A program made the position numbers and the translations under genes. Positions 28,584 to 39,380 of a stretch of DNA of 64,000 nucleotides are shown piece after piece. Source of the stretch: a virus (lineage: Duplodnaviria > Caudoviricetes). The stretch covers positions 64,001 through 128,000 of the IMG/VR virus record IMGVR_UViG_3300032038_000001. One strand, given 5' to 3'. How positions within the stretch are numbered: the stretch's first letter is position 1; every line of letters begins with the position of its first letter. The notes under the pieces are model-generated. The model searched no databases and was not told where the DNA came from. It saw nothing but the letters and a program-made list of their open reading frames with translations.

Positions 28584-30386
28584 ATGGAGATTAATGTGAA
28601 AAAGTCACTTAAACACTATGTATCACATTTTGAAGACGAATTGAATCTCCCACTACTTAATAAATCTAATGACAGACCCCTTGTAGATTATATTATTGAT
28701 GCATGGAAATCTCTGGAGGTTGTCGATTCTATTAAGTGTGTTGATTTTATATACACCGACAAAGAATCTGATATAGATATTAATAAGCATATCTATAAAA
28801 GAGATAAAACAAAGAAGAAGAAAGATCGATATGACTACAAGTTCATTAGCGATAATCGTTGTGGTAAACTTACAGTTAAATTAGAGATTTCTATACCAGA
28901 AGTAAATCCTGATACTGGTGAAAAATATATTCATACTCATAAGATGACCAAGTCAATGCTTATTCCTCTGCAGGATGAAGATGGATATTATTTTATTAAG
29001 GGTAAGAAATACTATATAATTTATCAGATGCTCGAGAAGTCAACATATACTTCAGCATCTACACTTACTCTTAAAAGCTTAATGCCAGTAGCAGTTAAGC
29101 GTAATGTTATAGAAGTTTCTGAATCCACCAGAAACAATATAACTGATGAGAAGCTTAAACAAAGTGGTTTTAAAGCTACTGATACCGAGGGTAAAACTTA
29201 TATGTTACCTGTATATTATGTTTTCATGTTTAAGAAAGAAGTTCCGATAATTCTTTTCTATCTTTCTCATGGACTTTCATATACGTTAACATTTTTAGAA
29301 GTTCATAATGTTATGAGTTTCATTCCCGAGATTCCTTCAGTACTTGATCCAGATATGATTTATTTTCAGTTGAGCAGTAAATGCTATATTGAAGTAAATC
29401 GCAAGCTTTTCAATAAATATCCGTATATTCAGTCTATCGTTGGTGGTTTTCTCACAGTTTGTACGAACCGAGTAACAATTGACCAACTTGATGACCCAGA
29501 AATATGGATTAGAAAAATATCTAATCCCAATAACTATGAAAAAGGTTTGGGAATATTGAAGTTCTTCAATCGTTTGATTGATGAGACTACAAAATCAACA
29601 GTTCTTATTCATCCATATCATAAAGATAATATCTACACAATGCTTCGTTGGATGATGCAGGAATTTAATGAATTGAGATTAAAAGATAATCTTGATTTAA
29701 AAAATAAGCGATTAAGATGTAATGAATATATCGCATCATTGCTTACTGTTGAATTTAGTAAAAGACTCAACAGGATATTATCAAAAAGGGATAAAGCAAC
29801 TTATGAATCGTATAAAGAATTATTTAAATTCCCTGGTGATATTCTGATACAGAAATGCCATTCATCTGGAATATTAAGATTTGATGACTCTGTAAATGAT
29901 ATGAATTTCTTTTCAAAGACCAAGTACACAACTAAAGGTCCACATTCATTGGGAAATAAAAACTCTAATAATGTCGGTATTAAGTATCGTTCACTTCATC
30001 CATCATTTTTAGGTTATATTGATATTCTTGTATGCGGTAATAGTGACCCTGGAACAAGTGGTGTATTAAGCCCATTCACGGATATGAAAAGTTTATATTT
30101 TGACGATTCAAATGAACCAGACGATTTTGCATATCGTCTAAGTAAAGACCTTGAAGAAATATTTTCAAAGAAAGGAATTGAGTATATTAAATTTGATTTC
30201 GAAAATGAAAAGGATTTTTATGATACTCTCCTTGCTATGAAGAAATATATTTCTGATAATGTATCTGTTTCAGGAACATCAAGAGAAGGACACTATGAAA
30301 TAGTTGTCGATGAAAATATTGATACACTTGATGAAACAGATAACGAGTTCGAATCTAATGAGGAGACTACTCCTTCAGAAGAATAA
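28584..30386 (+). CDS. rpoB: non-virion RNA polymerase beta subunit, N-terminal half
   Basis: IPL...GYYFIKGKKYYIIYQ, LKNKRLR and YRSLHPSFLGYID....SDPGTSGVL (cf. RDVHPTHYGRVCP..TPEG.NIGL). Confidence 0.88.
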   Translation: MEINVKKSLKHYVSHFEDELNLPLLNKSNDRPLVDYIIDAWKSLEVVDSIKCVDFIYTDKESDIDINKHIYKRDKTKKKKDRYDYKFISDNRCGKLTVKLEISIPEVNPDTGEKYIHTHKMTKSMLIPLQDEDGYYFIKGKKYYIIYQMLEKSTYTSASTLTLKSLMPVAVKRNVIEVSESTRNNITDEKLKQSGFKATDTEGKTYMLPVYYVFMFKKEVPIILFYLSHGLSYTLTFLEVHNVMSFIPEIPSVLDPDMIYFQLSSKCYIEVNRKLFNKYPYIQSIVGGFLTVCTNRVTIDQLDDPEIWIRKISNPNNYEKGLGILKFFNRLIDETTKSTVLIHPYHKDNIYTMLRWMMQEFNELRLKDNLDLKNKRLRCNEYIASLLTVEFSKRLNRILSKRDKATYESYKELFKFPGDILIQKCHSSGILRFDDSVNDMNFFSKTKYTTKGPHSLGNKNSNNVGIKYRSLHPSFLGYIDILVCGNSDPGTSGVLSPFTDMKSLYFDDSNEPDDFAYRLSKDLEEIFSKKGIEYIKFDFENEKDFYDTLLAMKKYISDNVSVSGTSREGHYEIVVDENIDTLDETDNEFESNEETTPSEE

Positions 30387-30457
30387 AAAACAGAATGAAG
30401 ACAGGAGGTATGATATCTTCTGTCTTCATTATTATTTAAATAATAAGGAGAATTATA

Positions 30458-30756
30458 ATGATGGATAAAATTTCTACATTGATATATACAGGTATAAGTG
30501 CTAATGATGGTAGTAGTATATATATATGTATTTTCAATACTGTAAAAAATCTGGATCTGGTATTGGATTATTATTTGATTATAATATGAATATAAAAGCT
30601 AGAGTTACTTTTGATGATGTTGAAGATGAAAAAGAATTTGAAAACTTTATTAAATCAAATATGATAACATTATATAACGCTAAGCAAATTTCATTTAATG
30701 ATTTCGTTTTAGCACTTAATGCAGCATCAATGAAAGTCTCACCCATTAAATGTTAG
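30458..30756 (+). pseudogene. hypothetical protein interrupted at a (TA)n tract
   Basis: RBS AAGGAG and ATG 30458 are out of frame with ORF 30526-30756. Removing one TA unit at about 30517-30527 fuses them (98 aa). Confidence 0.5.
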
Positions 30757-30821
30757 TAATATTTATATAATATTACTTTATATGTAAAAATGTTTTTATA
30801 TTATGAAAGGACGAATAATGC

Positions 30822-30995
30822 GTGAAAAAGATATTTGAAATAATAACTAATATATCTGTAATATTAATTATTATACTAGGTTGTATAATAATTGGATTAG
30901 TTATAAAATTTTTAGTAGTTATAGGAGACGTTTTATTATACGGTCTCGCTGGAATATGTTTATTAATTATTATTCTACTATGTATTTCTCGATAA
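30822..30995 (+). CDS. small membrane protein (57 aa, not in ORF track)
   Basis: RBS GAAAGGA and GTG start. Translation MKKIFEIITNISVILIIILGCIIIGLVIKFLVVIGDVLLYGLAGICLLIIILLCISR has two hydrophobic helices. Confidence 0.6.
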   Translation: MKKIFEIITNISVILIIILGCIIIGLVIKFLVVIGDVLLYGLAGICLLIIILLCISR

Positions 30996-31020
30996 AATAA
31001 TAAAAAAGAGGTGAAAAAAA

Positions 31021-31515
31021 ATGGATGTTGTAATATATTCAGATGGTGCTGCAAGAGGTAATCCGGGACGCGGCGGATATGGAACGATAATACTATATGA
31101 AGATAGTGAAGGTAATAAGTTTCAGAAGGAACTAACTGCTGGTTATATAAAAACCACAAATAACCGAATGGAACTAATTGGTGCCATCAGAGGTCTTCAA
31201 GCATTAAACACACCATGCAAAGTATCGCTTTATTCAGATAGCCAGTACCTATGTAATGCATTCAATAAGGGATGGATATGGAGCTGGCTTAAAAAGAAAT
31301 GGAAGAAAGCTGATGGCCAGTCAGTAAAAAATGTAGACCTTTGGAAAGATCTTTTAAAACTCATAAAAATACATGAGGTTAAATTTATATGGATCAAAGG
31401 TCATGATGGAAATGAATTCAATGAGCGGTGTGATAAGTTAGCTACAGATTCTGCTGATAACAATGCTACTCTTGAAGATAAAAATTATTCGGACGAGGGT
31501 GAGGCGGATGTATAA
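31021..31515 (+). CDS. rnhA: ribonuclease HI
   Basis: YSDGAARGNPG, TTNNRMEL, SDSQY, VKNVDLW and WIKGH.GN..NERCD.LA. Confidence 0.97.
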   Translation: MDVVIYSDGAARGNPGRGGYGTIILYEDSEGNKFQKELTAGYIKTTNNRMELIGAIRGLQALNTPCKVSLYSDSQYLCNAFNKGWIWSWLKKKWKKADGQSVKNVDLWKDLLKLIKIHEVKFIWIKGHDGNEFNERCDKLATDSADNNATLEDKNYSDEGEADV

Positions 31516-32236
31516 AGCATCTATGGAACTTGGTAGAATTAATAAAGTTATAAAATTAAAATTTGAACTTATTATTCAGTCCGATGATGAGAAAAAAAAT
31601 TATCAAAAGTTGATCAATAAGTTTAATTTTAATGGTAATAATTATCTTAAATTAAATCCAAGACCATTTGTTGTGGTAGACATATCTTCAAAAATTGATG
31701 AAGCATGGTCGACAAATCAGTCGTTTTCATTAACTAAACCATATATGTTTATGTTTATAAGTGCACTATCATCAATGATTTCTGAGTATAGAACGATAAA
31801 AGATTTATTTTACTATAATACCAATAATGATTTGGTGTATAATAATAGATATACTGAATTGGTAAGTAAAAATATATCTGTTTCATCAGGTAAACATGTG
31901 CGATTAGAACCATGTGTTATTAGAAATGATGAAGTACAAGATAAAGCATATGAAGGTTGTATCATGTATATTAATACAAGAGATAACTTTGCATATATGA
32001 CATACACAGAAATGGAGTATCTACTATATTCTTTAAAAAATGTAAACATGGATACCATGGCACTAGAACTAATCAATCATGTTACCATTTTAAAAAATGT
32101 AGAAATAAATAGTAAAAAATTCAAGTCATTGTCTGAGATATTAGAAACTAAACTTGTAAATAATAAGCAAAGCGATGTATCTAAGGTTACTGAAGAAACA
32201 GAAAAAATATCTAATTCTAAGGATGATGAAGATTGA
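31508..32236 (+). CDS. hypothetical protein
   Basis: Long ORF; likely ATG 31508 after GAGG, coupled to rnhA. Confidence 0.75.
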   Translation: MYKASMELGRINKVIKLKFELIIQSDDEKKNYQKLINKFNFNGNNYLKLNPRPFVVVDISSKIDEAWSTNQSFSLTKPYMFMFISALSSMISEYRTIKDLFYYNTNNDLVYNNRYTELVSKNISVSSGKHVRLEPCVIRNDEVQDKAYEGCIMYINTRDNFAYMTYTEMEYLLYSLKNVNMDTMALELINHVTILKNVEINSKKFKSLSEILETKLVNNKQSDVSKVTEETEKISNSKDDED

Positions 32237-32529
32237 ATAAGTTCAAAAAGATACTATTCTCAATTTTTGATTCTGTTGGTGGATTTCTTATCATGCTAAT
32301 ATCAATACCAATACTATCAATAGTCTTAATACTATTAGGTATTATTGGTCTAACATATGCTGTTTTAATAATTTTACAGTATATAGAAATTTTTATAGTA
32401 AAAATATGGCATTCTATAGATATTATATTAGCATTTATAGAAGTCAAAAAATTAAAAAATAATTATGATATCATTATTGATTTGAAATCAATAAATGAAT
32501 ATTTGAAAGGAAGTAATTATAATGAGTAA
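32233..32529 (+). CDS. small membrane protein
   Basis: Long hydrophobic stretch; overlaps both neighbours. Confidence 0.65.
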   Translation: MNKFKKILFSIFDSVGGFLIMLISIPILSIVLILLGIIGLTYAVLIILQYIEIFIVKIWHSIDIILAFIEVKKLKNNYDIIIDLKSINEYLKGSNYNE

Positions 32530-33205
32530 AACATTTTTCACTGCAGACACACACTTCGGTTCTGAGAGGACTCTAACACTATCTAGGAGACCCTTTGATA
32601 ATGTTGAAGAGATGAATCGGAATCTGATAGAGCAATACAATAAACTTGTATCAGATGATGATACTGTTTATCATCTCGGAGACTTTGGTGATTACAGTTT
32701 TGCAAAACAGTTATCAGGTAAAATTGTTCTTGTATGGGGTAACTATGAACTTAGAGAATTCATTAACGAATTTTCTGTCAGGTCTCTGTTTAGAATACCT
32801 GATACTTTTTCGGATGAAGATGTGTGGTCATATATAACAACACATGAGCATGATGCTGAAAAGATGGAAGCTCTTTCTAATTATGAAAGAGAGTTTAATA
32901 GCAAACTTTATGAAAAAGGTAATTTTCATAATATAATAAATTTTGATGGTATGGGTCTGAATATTCAGAAAGGTACTAAAAACCTGTGGGTACGTTTGTG
33001 TCATGAGCCCACACAGTGTTTAGTGGATGTTGACCTTAACTCAGAAATGAATTTGTTTGGTCATATTCATGGAAGACAGCTTGTAAAACAATATGGTTTG
33101 GATGTTGGTGTTGATGGTCATCATTTCAGACCTATAGATGTTGATACAGTTTTCTTCTATCAGGAAGCAATACTGAAACATTATGATGTAAATGTATTTC
33201 TCTAA
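32522..33205 (+). CDS. calcineurin-like metallophosphoesterase
   Basis: ADTHFG, LGDFG, GNYE (H replaced by Y), HEP, GHIH and DVGVD. Confidence 0.9.
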   Translation: MSKTFFTADTHFGSERTLTLSRRPFDNVEEMNRNLIEQYNKLVSDDDTVYHLGDFGDYSFAKQLSGKIVLVWGNYELREFINEFSVRSLFRIPDTFSDEDVWSYITTHEHDAEKMEALSNYEREFNSKLYEKGNFHNIINFDGMGLNIQKGTKNLWVRLCHEPTQCLVDVDLNSEMNLFGHIHGRQLVKQYGLDVGVDGHHFRPIDVDTVFFYQEAILKHYDVNVFL

Positions 33206-33366
33206 TTAAAAAAAGAGAATGGTGACATAAAAATCACCATTCTCTTTTTTATTTTATAAGCAATATTGTTGTTTACTTTTTTGTGTTTTATTTTATACTT
33301 CACTTTATTCTAATAAATATATATTATTTTTACGGAATAAGTTAATCAAAAAAGAATGAAAGGATT

Positions 33367-34053
33367 GTGTTAACTATGAAATTTCCACAGTTTTTATTAG
33401 CCGATGACGAGAGGACATTCCAAGTCATTGGAGAAATAACCAAAAACGATGATGAAGCAACTGGCATCTTTGTTGATGGAAAAGGGTATATTGATGAAAA
33501 TGGATATATCTGGATTCATTCAGGTTCTGGTAAACCTAAGAATGCAAATCAGTTACCATATTTTTGGTTTGAAAATGGTAAGAAGAAATTTTCCGAACCA
33601 AATAAAAAAGTTTTTGATGTCTATAATTCATCAAAGTTGAAAGACATGAGTATCGGTATTATAGTTGATAATACCAAGGAAGGTGAGGAACTTTATTCTG
33701 AACAGGCAATAAATGATATGAATTCTGCTGCAGAAGTCTATGTTCCTACGTATAAAGACACTGATGATTTTCTAAAGAAGTTAATTAAGACTGCTATTGT
33801 AGAAAAAGGTGTAGACATTGCTAGGCTGAAATATAAAATGCCTGAGAAGTATATACTTCCTAATATGAAAGCAGCTCTCAATGGAGATACAAAAATGTCA
33901 GTGTTATATTTTATAACATGGGCTGAATTATTAGGTCTTGACTTTATGGTTGTACTGAATGATAACGGCTCGGATCCTATCGACCCGTTAAAGCAGTCAC
34001 TCATATACGATAGTACAAAGGATAGAGTTTTAAGGGAGAGTGAAATGAAATGA
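33367..34053 (+). CDS. hypothetical early protein, coupled to ppk
   Basis: Early motif 33318-33334; the stop overlaps the ppk start. Confidence 0.8.
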   Translation: MLTMKFPQFLLADDERTFQVIGEITKNDDEATGIFVDGKGYIDENGYIWIHSGSGKPKNANQLPYFWFENGKKKFSEPNKKVFDVYNSSKLKDMSIGIIVDNTKEGEELYSEQAINDMNSAAEVYVPTYKDTDDFLKKLIKTAIVEKGVDIARLKYKMPEKYILPNMKAALNGDTKMSVLYFITWAELLGLDFMVVLNDNGSDPIDPLKQSLIYDSTKDRVLRESEMK

Positions 34054-36059
34054 AATTAAATCTCGATACCTATGAAATGGTATTTAAAAAGGAACCAAAG
34101 GTTCGTGGTAAATTTATTAATAGAGAACTTTCATTGATTGATTTTGATGAGAGAGTCTTATTTTGTGCAACTGATAAAGAAGTTCCTTTAAATGAAAGGT
34201 TAAACTTTTTATCAATTACGGATTCTAATCTTACCGAAATGATATCCGTGAGATTTGCCAATGCATTTCATAATAAAGATACTGAGCCTTATGGTAAGAT
34301 TCTCAAGAAAATTATCTCATTTAAGAAAGCTCAAAATGATGTTTATACTTCATTAAAAAATGAACTTGGGAAAAATGGAATAAAATTCATGAAAGTATCT
34401 AATCTTGATAAAAAAGAAAGAGCAAAACTTTATAATGAATATATGAGAAACATTTTTCCTTTGTTAACACCTGTGAATGTTAGAATAAATGATATTCCGG
34501 ATATATCATCGGGTGAGTTATGTCTAGCAGTCACGATAATGAATGGTTCTATTGATGAACTTATTATGATACCATTAGGTAATATAGATAAGATTTATCA
34601 AATCGGAAATAAAGTGCTAATGATAGAAGACATAATATTCAGTTTTATGTCTGATACGTTATTCATTAATAAAGAAATAACGTCGAAAGGTATTTTTAGA
34701 ATTATTCGTGATGGGTCTGTTATTCTATCTCATGATACTAGTCGTTTTATAGTAGATAGAATGACTGATACTATAAAGAGACGTGAGCATGGAACTCCAA
34801 TATTTGTTGAGGTCAATAAAGAGGCTTCCGATAGTTTAACAGATATGATTATGAATATTTTCAAGATACCTAATAATCATATCTACAGTGATTCAAGTAT
34901 CATTTATTATCAAAGGTTTTCTCAGCCTTTACTTGATTCTAAGGAATCGTATAAGGCATTTAAGCCGTATGAATATGAAAATGAAGAGAATTACCATGAC
35001 ATGTTTGATGCAATAAGCCATGAGGATATATTACTTCATCATCCATATGATAGTTATGAAACCGTTGTGAAGTTTATTCAACATGCTGCTGTTGATAAAG
35101 ATGTTAAAGCCATCAAACAAACACTTTATAGAGTTTCATCTGTTGATTCTCCAATAGTTGAAGCTCTTTGTACTGCCGCTAGAAACGGTAAAAAGGTTTC
35201 AGTACTGATAGAAATAAAGGCTAGGTTTGATGAGGAAAATAATATCAAACTCATATCCAAACTTCAAAACGCTGGTGCCGTAGTTATTCTTGGTAATGAA
35301 TATCTAAAAACACATTGTAAACTTTGCGTTATAATACGTAAAGAAAATGATAAATTGAAGATATACAGCCATGTTGCTACTGGTAACTATAATGAAAAAA
35401 CATCTAGAATTTATACAGATATTTCATATTTTACCAGCCGGCAAAAAGTTGGAAATGACTTACTGCATATATTTAACATTCTATCTGGACATTCTAATCC
35501 TGATGAAAAATTACAAAAGATATACTATTCTCCAGTCACACTAAGAAAACAGCTCATTAGTTGTATTGATAGAGAAATAGCACTTGCTAAGAAAGGTAAG
35601 AAAGCTGAAATATTTATGAAAATAAACTCTTTATCCGATAAAATAATGGCTGATAAAATCTATGAAGCTGCTGATAAAGGAGTTAGTGTATATATCATAT
35701 GCAGAGGAGTATGCAGCATTGTACCAAGAAAAAATCTATATATCAAATCTATTGTAGGTAGATTTCTTGAACACAGCAGAATATATTATTTTGGTAATGG
35801 TAAAAACCATGAATATTATATATCTTCTGCTGATCTTTTGACTCGTAATCTTGATAAACGAGTTGAAACGTTAATTTCACTTAAGGACTCTGCTGTAGTA
35901 AAACAGCTTAAGTGGATAATTGACGTGTATAAGAATGACAATTCAAATTCTTTCATTATGCTTAAAGACGGAAAATGGCATAAAAAGAAAGGTGACTTCT
36001 CATGCCACGATTGGTTTATAAAGCATACTAATGACAGAAAAAAGATTAAGAAAGGATAA
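34050..36059 (+). CDS. ppk1: polyphosphate kinase 1
   Basis: INRELS, LLHHPYDSY, IKQTLYR, EIKARFDEENNI, KTHCK (phospho-His), TGNYN, IVGRFLEHSR and SSAD..RNL..RVE. Confidence 0.95.
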   Translation: MKLNLDTYEMVFKKEPKVRGKFINRELSLIDFDERVLFCATDKEVPLNERLNFLSITDSNLTEMISVRFANAFHNKDTEPYGKILKKIISFKKAQNDVYTSLKNELGKNGIKFMKVSNLDKKERAKLYNEYMRNIFPLLTPVNVRINDIPDISSGELCLAVTIMNGSIDELIMIPLGNIDKIYQIGNKVLMIEDIIFSFMSDTLFINKEITSKGIFRIIRDGSVILSHDTSRFIVDRMTDTIKRREHGTPIFVEVNKEASDSLTDMIMNIFKIPNNHIYSDSSIIYYQRFSQPLLDSKESYKAFKPYEYENEENYHDMFDAISHEDILLHHPYDSYETVVKFIQHAAVDKDVKAIKQTLYRVSSVDSPIVEALCTAARNGKKVSVLIEIKARFDEENNIKLISKLQNAGAVVILGNEYLKTHCKLCVIIRKENDKLKIYSHVATGNYNEKTSRIYTDISYFTSRQKVGNDLLHIFNILSGHSNPDEKLQKIYYSPVTLRKQLISCIDREIALAKKGKKAEIFMKINSLSDKIMADKIYEAADKGVSVYIICRGVCSIVPRKNLYIKSIVGRFLEHSRIYYFGNGKNHEYYISSADLLTRNLDKRVETLISLKDSAVVKQLKWIIDVYKNDNSNSFIMLKDGKWHKKKGDFSCHDWFIKHTNDRKKIKKG

Positions 36060-36700
36060 TGATGAATATTATGAATAATACTATTAATGAAATATTTAAT
36101 GTAATGAATTTTGTGGTTAATGATATTGCTTCAGAAACGATTTCAACTGTTTCTGAAGCGTGTGAGTTAATATCAGCCATATCTAAGTTTATGATAGGTA
36201 AAAAAGATGACTCTGCTAAGGCTGAAATGTCTAGTATTATTTCGTCTATAGATGATCTTAATTTACTAGGATTACATCTTTTTAAAATTGAGTTATCACT
36301 AAGCTATGCTAATGAACAGATAGCTTTGATATCTGGTTCATCAGATAGTGCATGGAAAATAATGTATCTGATATCAGAACTTTTTCAAAGTTTAAATTCA
36401 GCAGGAAACAAAGCTAATGATGTCGATGTTAATAAGAATAATCAATCTGATGAAAAAACAGAATTAAAGAATAAAATTAATGAACTTAAAGAACTTGCGG
36501 AGTTTTTCGATATTGCTGTTATATCAGCACAACAGCTTAACCGTGTAGGTGCAAGTGTTGTAGATACTACTGCGATAGAAATGAGAACTGAAATTATCAC
36601 ACTTGTTCAGTCTTACTGTAATATGTACGGCTATAATGTACAGTTCATTACATTAAATGAAGACGGAAGAATTGTAACAATAGATAACGTTACAAATTAA
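36059..36700 (+). CDS. hypothetical protein containing a short DnaB-helicase-like segment
   Basis: INELKELAEFFDIAVISAQQLNR matches DnaB motif H3. No Walker A or B is present. Confidence 0.65.
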   Translation: MMNIMNNTINEIFNVMNFVVNDIASETISTVSEACELISAISKFMIGKKDDSAKAEMSSIISSIDDLNLLGLHLFKIELSLSYANEQIALISGSSDSAWKIMYLISELFQSLNSAGNKANDVDVNKNNQSDEKTELKNKINELKELAEFFDIAVISAQQLNRVGASVVDTTAIEMRTEIITLVQSYCNMYGYNVQFITLNEDGRIVTIDNVTN

Positions 36701-36778
36701 AAATATGAATAACTATTATCTCTGATACAAGGAGATAATGTTAATAAAAACATTTTTATATTGAAAGGACGGATGGTT

Positions 36779-37096
36779 ATGAATTTCATGACTGCAAAAA
36801 CAAAAATTGAGGATATGCTGAGCACTCGCCAGCAGATTTTCAAGGAGACTGCTGACCTTGTGGCAGGGTCAATTATTGACCGTGCACAAACAAAGGGAAT
36901 CAATAACATTGATTCCAACGTAAGAGACATAGACACTCTCCTTGCAGGTTTCTCAGCGGAAGAGAGAGTGACAATTCTCGAAATGGCTATCGTAAAGCTT
37001 GCTGCAAACGGTAAGTTTGGTTATAATAACGATAGCGGTAAGAAGAAAGACGGTGGCGGAAACTACAATCGATTTCTTGGAGGAAATCGTTATTAA
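36779..37096 (+). CDS. hypothetical protein
   Basis: Late motif 36749-36760 and RBS GAAAGGA. Start is uncertain (36773 or 36779). Terminator at 37104-37148. Confidence 0.7.
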   Translation: MNFMTAKTKIEDMLSTRQQIFKETADLVAGSIIDRAQTKGINNIDSNVRDIDTLLAGFSAEERVTILEMAIVKLAANGKFGYNNDSGKKKDGGGNYNRFLGGNRY

Positions 37097-37166
37097 TTAA
37101 AACAAGGGGTTGAGAATATAAAAGTATTCTCAACCCCTTTATTTTTTATAAGGAAGTGATAATTAT

Positions 37167-38612
37167 ATGTCTGAAATACGTGTATTTCATTCACATATTG
37201 AAGTGTATCCATATAAACAAGGTGATATGTTTCCATTGGAAAAGATATTATCTAAATTTGATACTATTACACACAGATATATTCCCATTGGATATTTTAT
37301 TCAAAATAATATTCTGTATTTACCAAGGGGAATTAGTTTATCTATGTTGCAGGGTATGTTTAATAATATACCAACTATAGAAAGAGAACATGACCCCTGT
37401 GCCAAAATAAAAAAATGCAAGATGACATATGAACCAAAAAATCGTATACAAGAAGAAGCAATATCATTTCTTACTTCTACTGGAAAATTTCAACCGGGAG
37501 CTGAATTTTCACAATTTAGTTTAAACTTAGATACCGGTGATGGTAAAACGTTTTGTATGTGTAGTGCTATTCTTAAGTTAGGACTCAAATCTATAATAAT
37601 TACACATAAAGAACGAATCAAAGAACAATGGATAAAAACTTTCATAGAAATGTCTACAGTTAGTGAAACGCAGTTATATGATATAAGTGGTTCAGAATCT
37701 ATTGATTTAATAATGAAAGGTAATGTAAAAGCAGATATATACTTTGTCAATCATCAAACGTTGAGTTCATATGCAAGAGTTCATGGGTGGACAGCTATAC
37801 GAGATTTTTTTAAGAAAATTAAAGTTGGGATAAAAGTAGTTGATGAAGCCCATAAGTTCTTTGAAAACTCATTGATGATAGACTACTTTTCAAATGTAAA
37901 GAAATCATTTTATCTCACTGCTACATTTACTAGAAGTGATCCTAAAGAAATAAAAATATTTAAATCAGCTTACTCGTCAGTATATCGTTTTGGCGAAGAG
38001 ACGATGGATTATGAAGAAAAACGTAAGCACATAGTATTTATAGTTGTTTATTATCACAGCAGACCAACACTGCAACAACGAAATCTTATTTCAACATCTT
38101 ATGGATTTTCATCATATAGATATATTGATTATGCATTAAATGAAGAAAATAACAGTATGATGAAGGTTCTTCAAAGAATAATTACTCAGACAGAAAATCT
38201 TAATGGTAAGACTCTTATTATATCTCCAAAGATTGAATCTGTTGAATATATTGCAAAAGAACTTGATAAGTATACAGATAAAACAGTTGGTACTGTTCAT
38301 AGTAAGAACAGTGTTAAACAGAATGAACGTGGAATTAATTCGGATATCATATCATCTACAGTAAAATCAATAGGTGAGGGTGATGATATTAAAGGATTAA
38401 GGATACTGATTAATCTAGAACCAATAGGGTCAAAAGCATTAGCTGACCAATTACGTGGTAGATTACGTGAGTATTCTCATGATGATGATACATTCATGTT
38501 TTATCCAGTAGACACATCTATCAATGAAACTGTGGTATTTTTAAAAAGAATTATGCCAGTAATGAAAAAGAAATGTAAAGAAATAATAATGATACACATG
38601 GATGATATTTAG
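37167..38612 (+). CDS. SF2 DEAH-box helicase (UvsW-like)
   Basis: TGDGKT, VVDEAH, LTAT, GEGDDI and QLRGRLR. Confidence 0.9.
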   Translation: MSEIRVFHSHIEVYPYKQGDMFPLEKILSKFDTITHRYIPIGYFIQNNILYLPRGISLSMLQGMFNNIPTIEREHDPCAKIKKCKMTYEPKNRIQEEAISFLTSTGKFQPGAEFSQFSLNLDTGDGKTFCMCSAILKLGLKSIIITHKERIKEQWIKTFIEMSTVSETQLYDISGSESIDLIMKGNVKADIYFVNHQTLSSYARVHGWTAIRDFFKKIKVGIKVVDEAHKFFENSLMIDYFSNVKKSFYLTATFTRSDPKEIKIFKSAYSSVYRFGEETMDYEEKRKHIVFIVVYYHSRPTLQQRNLISTSYGFSSYRYIDYALNEENNSMMKVLQRIITQTENLNGKTLIISPKIESVEYIAKELDKYTDKTVGTVHSKNSVKQNERGINSDIISSTVKSIGEGDDIKGLRILINLEPIGSKALADQLRGRLREYSHDDDTFMFYPVDTSINETVVFLKRIMPVMKKKCKEIIMIHMDDI

Positions 38613-38709
38613 ATAAAATTAAGAAACGGATTACTTTAATCCGTTTCTTAATTTTTTTTTAGGTATATATTATTTTTATATATTTAAAATAAATTTAGGA
38701 GGTTTTACT

Positions 38710-39294
38710 ATGATGAAAAAACTTTTACAAAAAATATTTGGTGGTGATATTTTAATTATTAATGCGTTTATATCATCTCTAATGTTTGCAGTAGTGTTAC
38801 CGTATAATCAAAAAGCCATCTTTTCAGTATTACCTGAAAAATACTATTCAATGTCAGTAATACTTGAGTGTATTGGGGTGGTTGTGTATTCTAAATTATG
38901 GAATACTTATCGAGAAAAATTATATAAAAGATTTGTTTTGTTTTCGGTATTCGATTCATTACATTTCATTGTATCACTTCTCTTATATTTGCTAACAAAA
39001 AGCATAGTAGTTTACTATATAATAGACACCATACTTTTTACTATATTTTCCAGAAATGTGATTTCTGGATGCAATACATTGTTAGCAAAGAGATATAGTG
39101 ACCCTGAAAAGCGGAATTGTTATGATAACAATATAGCATCAGTCTCTGGTGTTGCTACAATATTAGGTAGTAGCTTGTCAATAATGGTTTCGCATATAGG
39201 ATTTATATTCGTTGTTATAATAATTACAATATTGAATTTGATTGACAATATCTTATTCATAGTTGTAAAAATAAAACAAGACAAACATGAATAA
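38710..39294 (+). CDS. multi-pass membrane protein (half-MFS-like)
   Basis: About six hydrophobic helices; early motif at 38664. Confidence 0.65.
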   Translation: MMKKLLQKIFGGDILIINAFISSLMFAVVLPYNQKAIFSVLPEKYYSMSVILECIGVVVYSKLWNTYREKLYKRFVLFSVFDSLHFIVSLLLYLLTKSIVVYYIIDTILFTIFSRNVISGCNTLLAKRYSDPEKRNCYDNNIASVSGVATILGSSLSIMVSHIGFIFVVIIITILNLIDNILFIVVKIKQDKHE

Positions 39295-39380
39295 AGATGA
39301 AAGAATATAGGTATGCGCCTATATTCTTTTTTTATTATAAAACCGTAAACTTAATAATTTCATATATATAATATTTTAGT

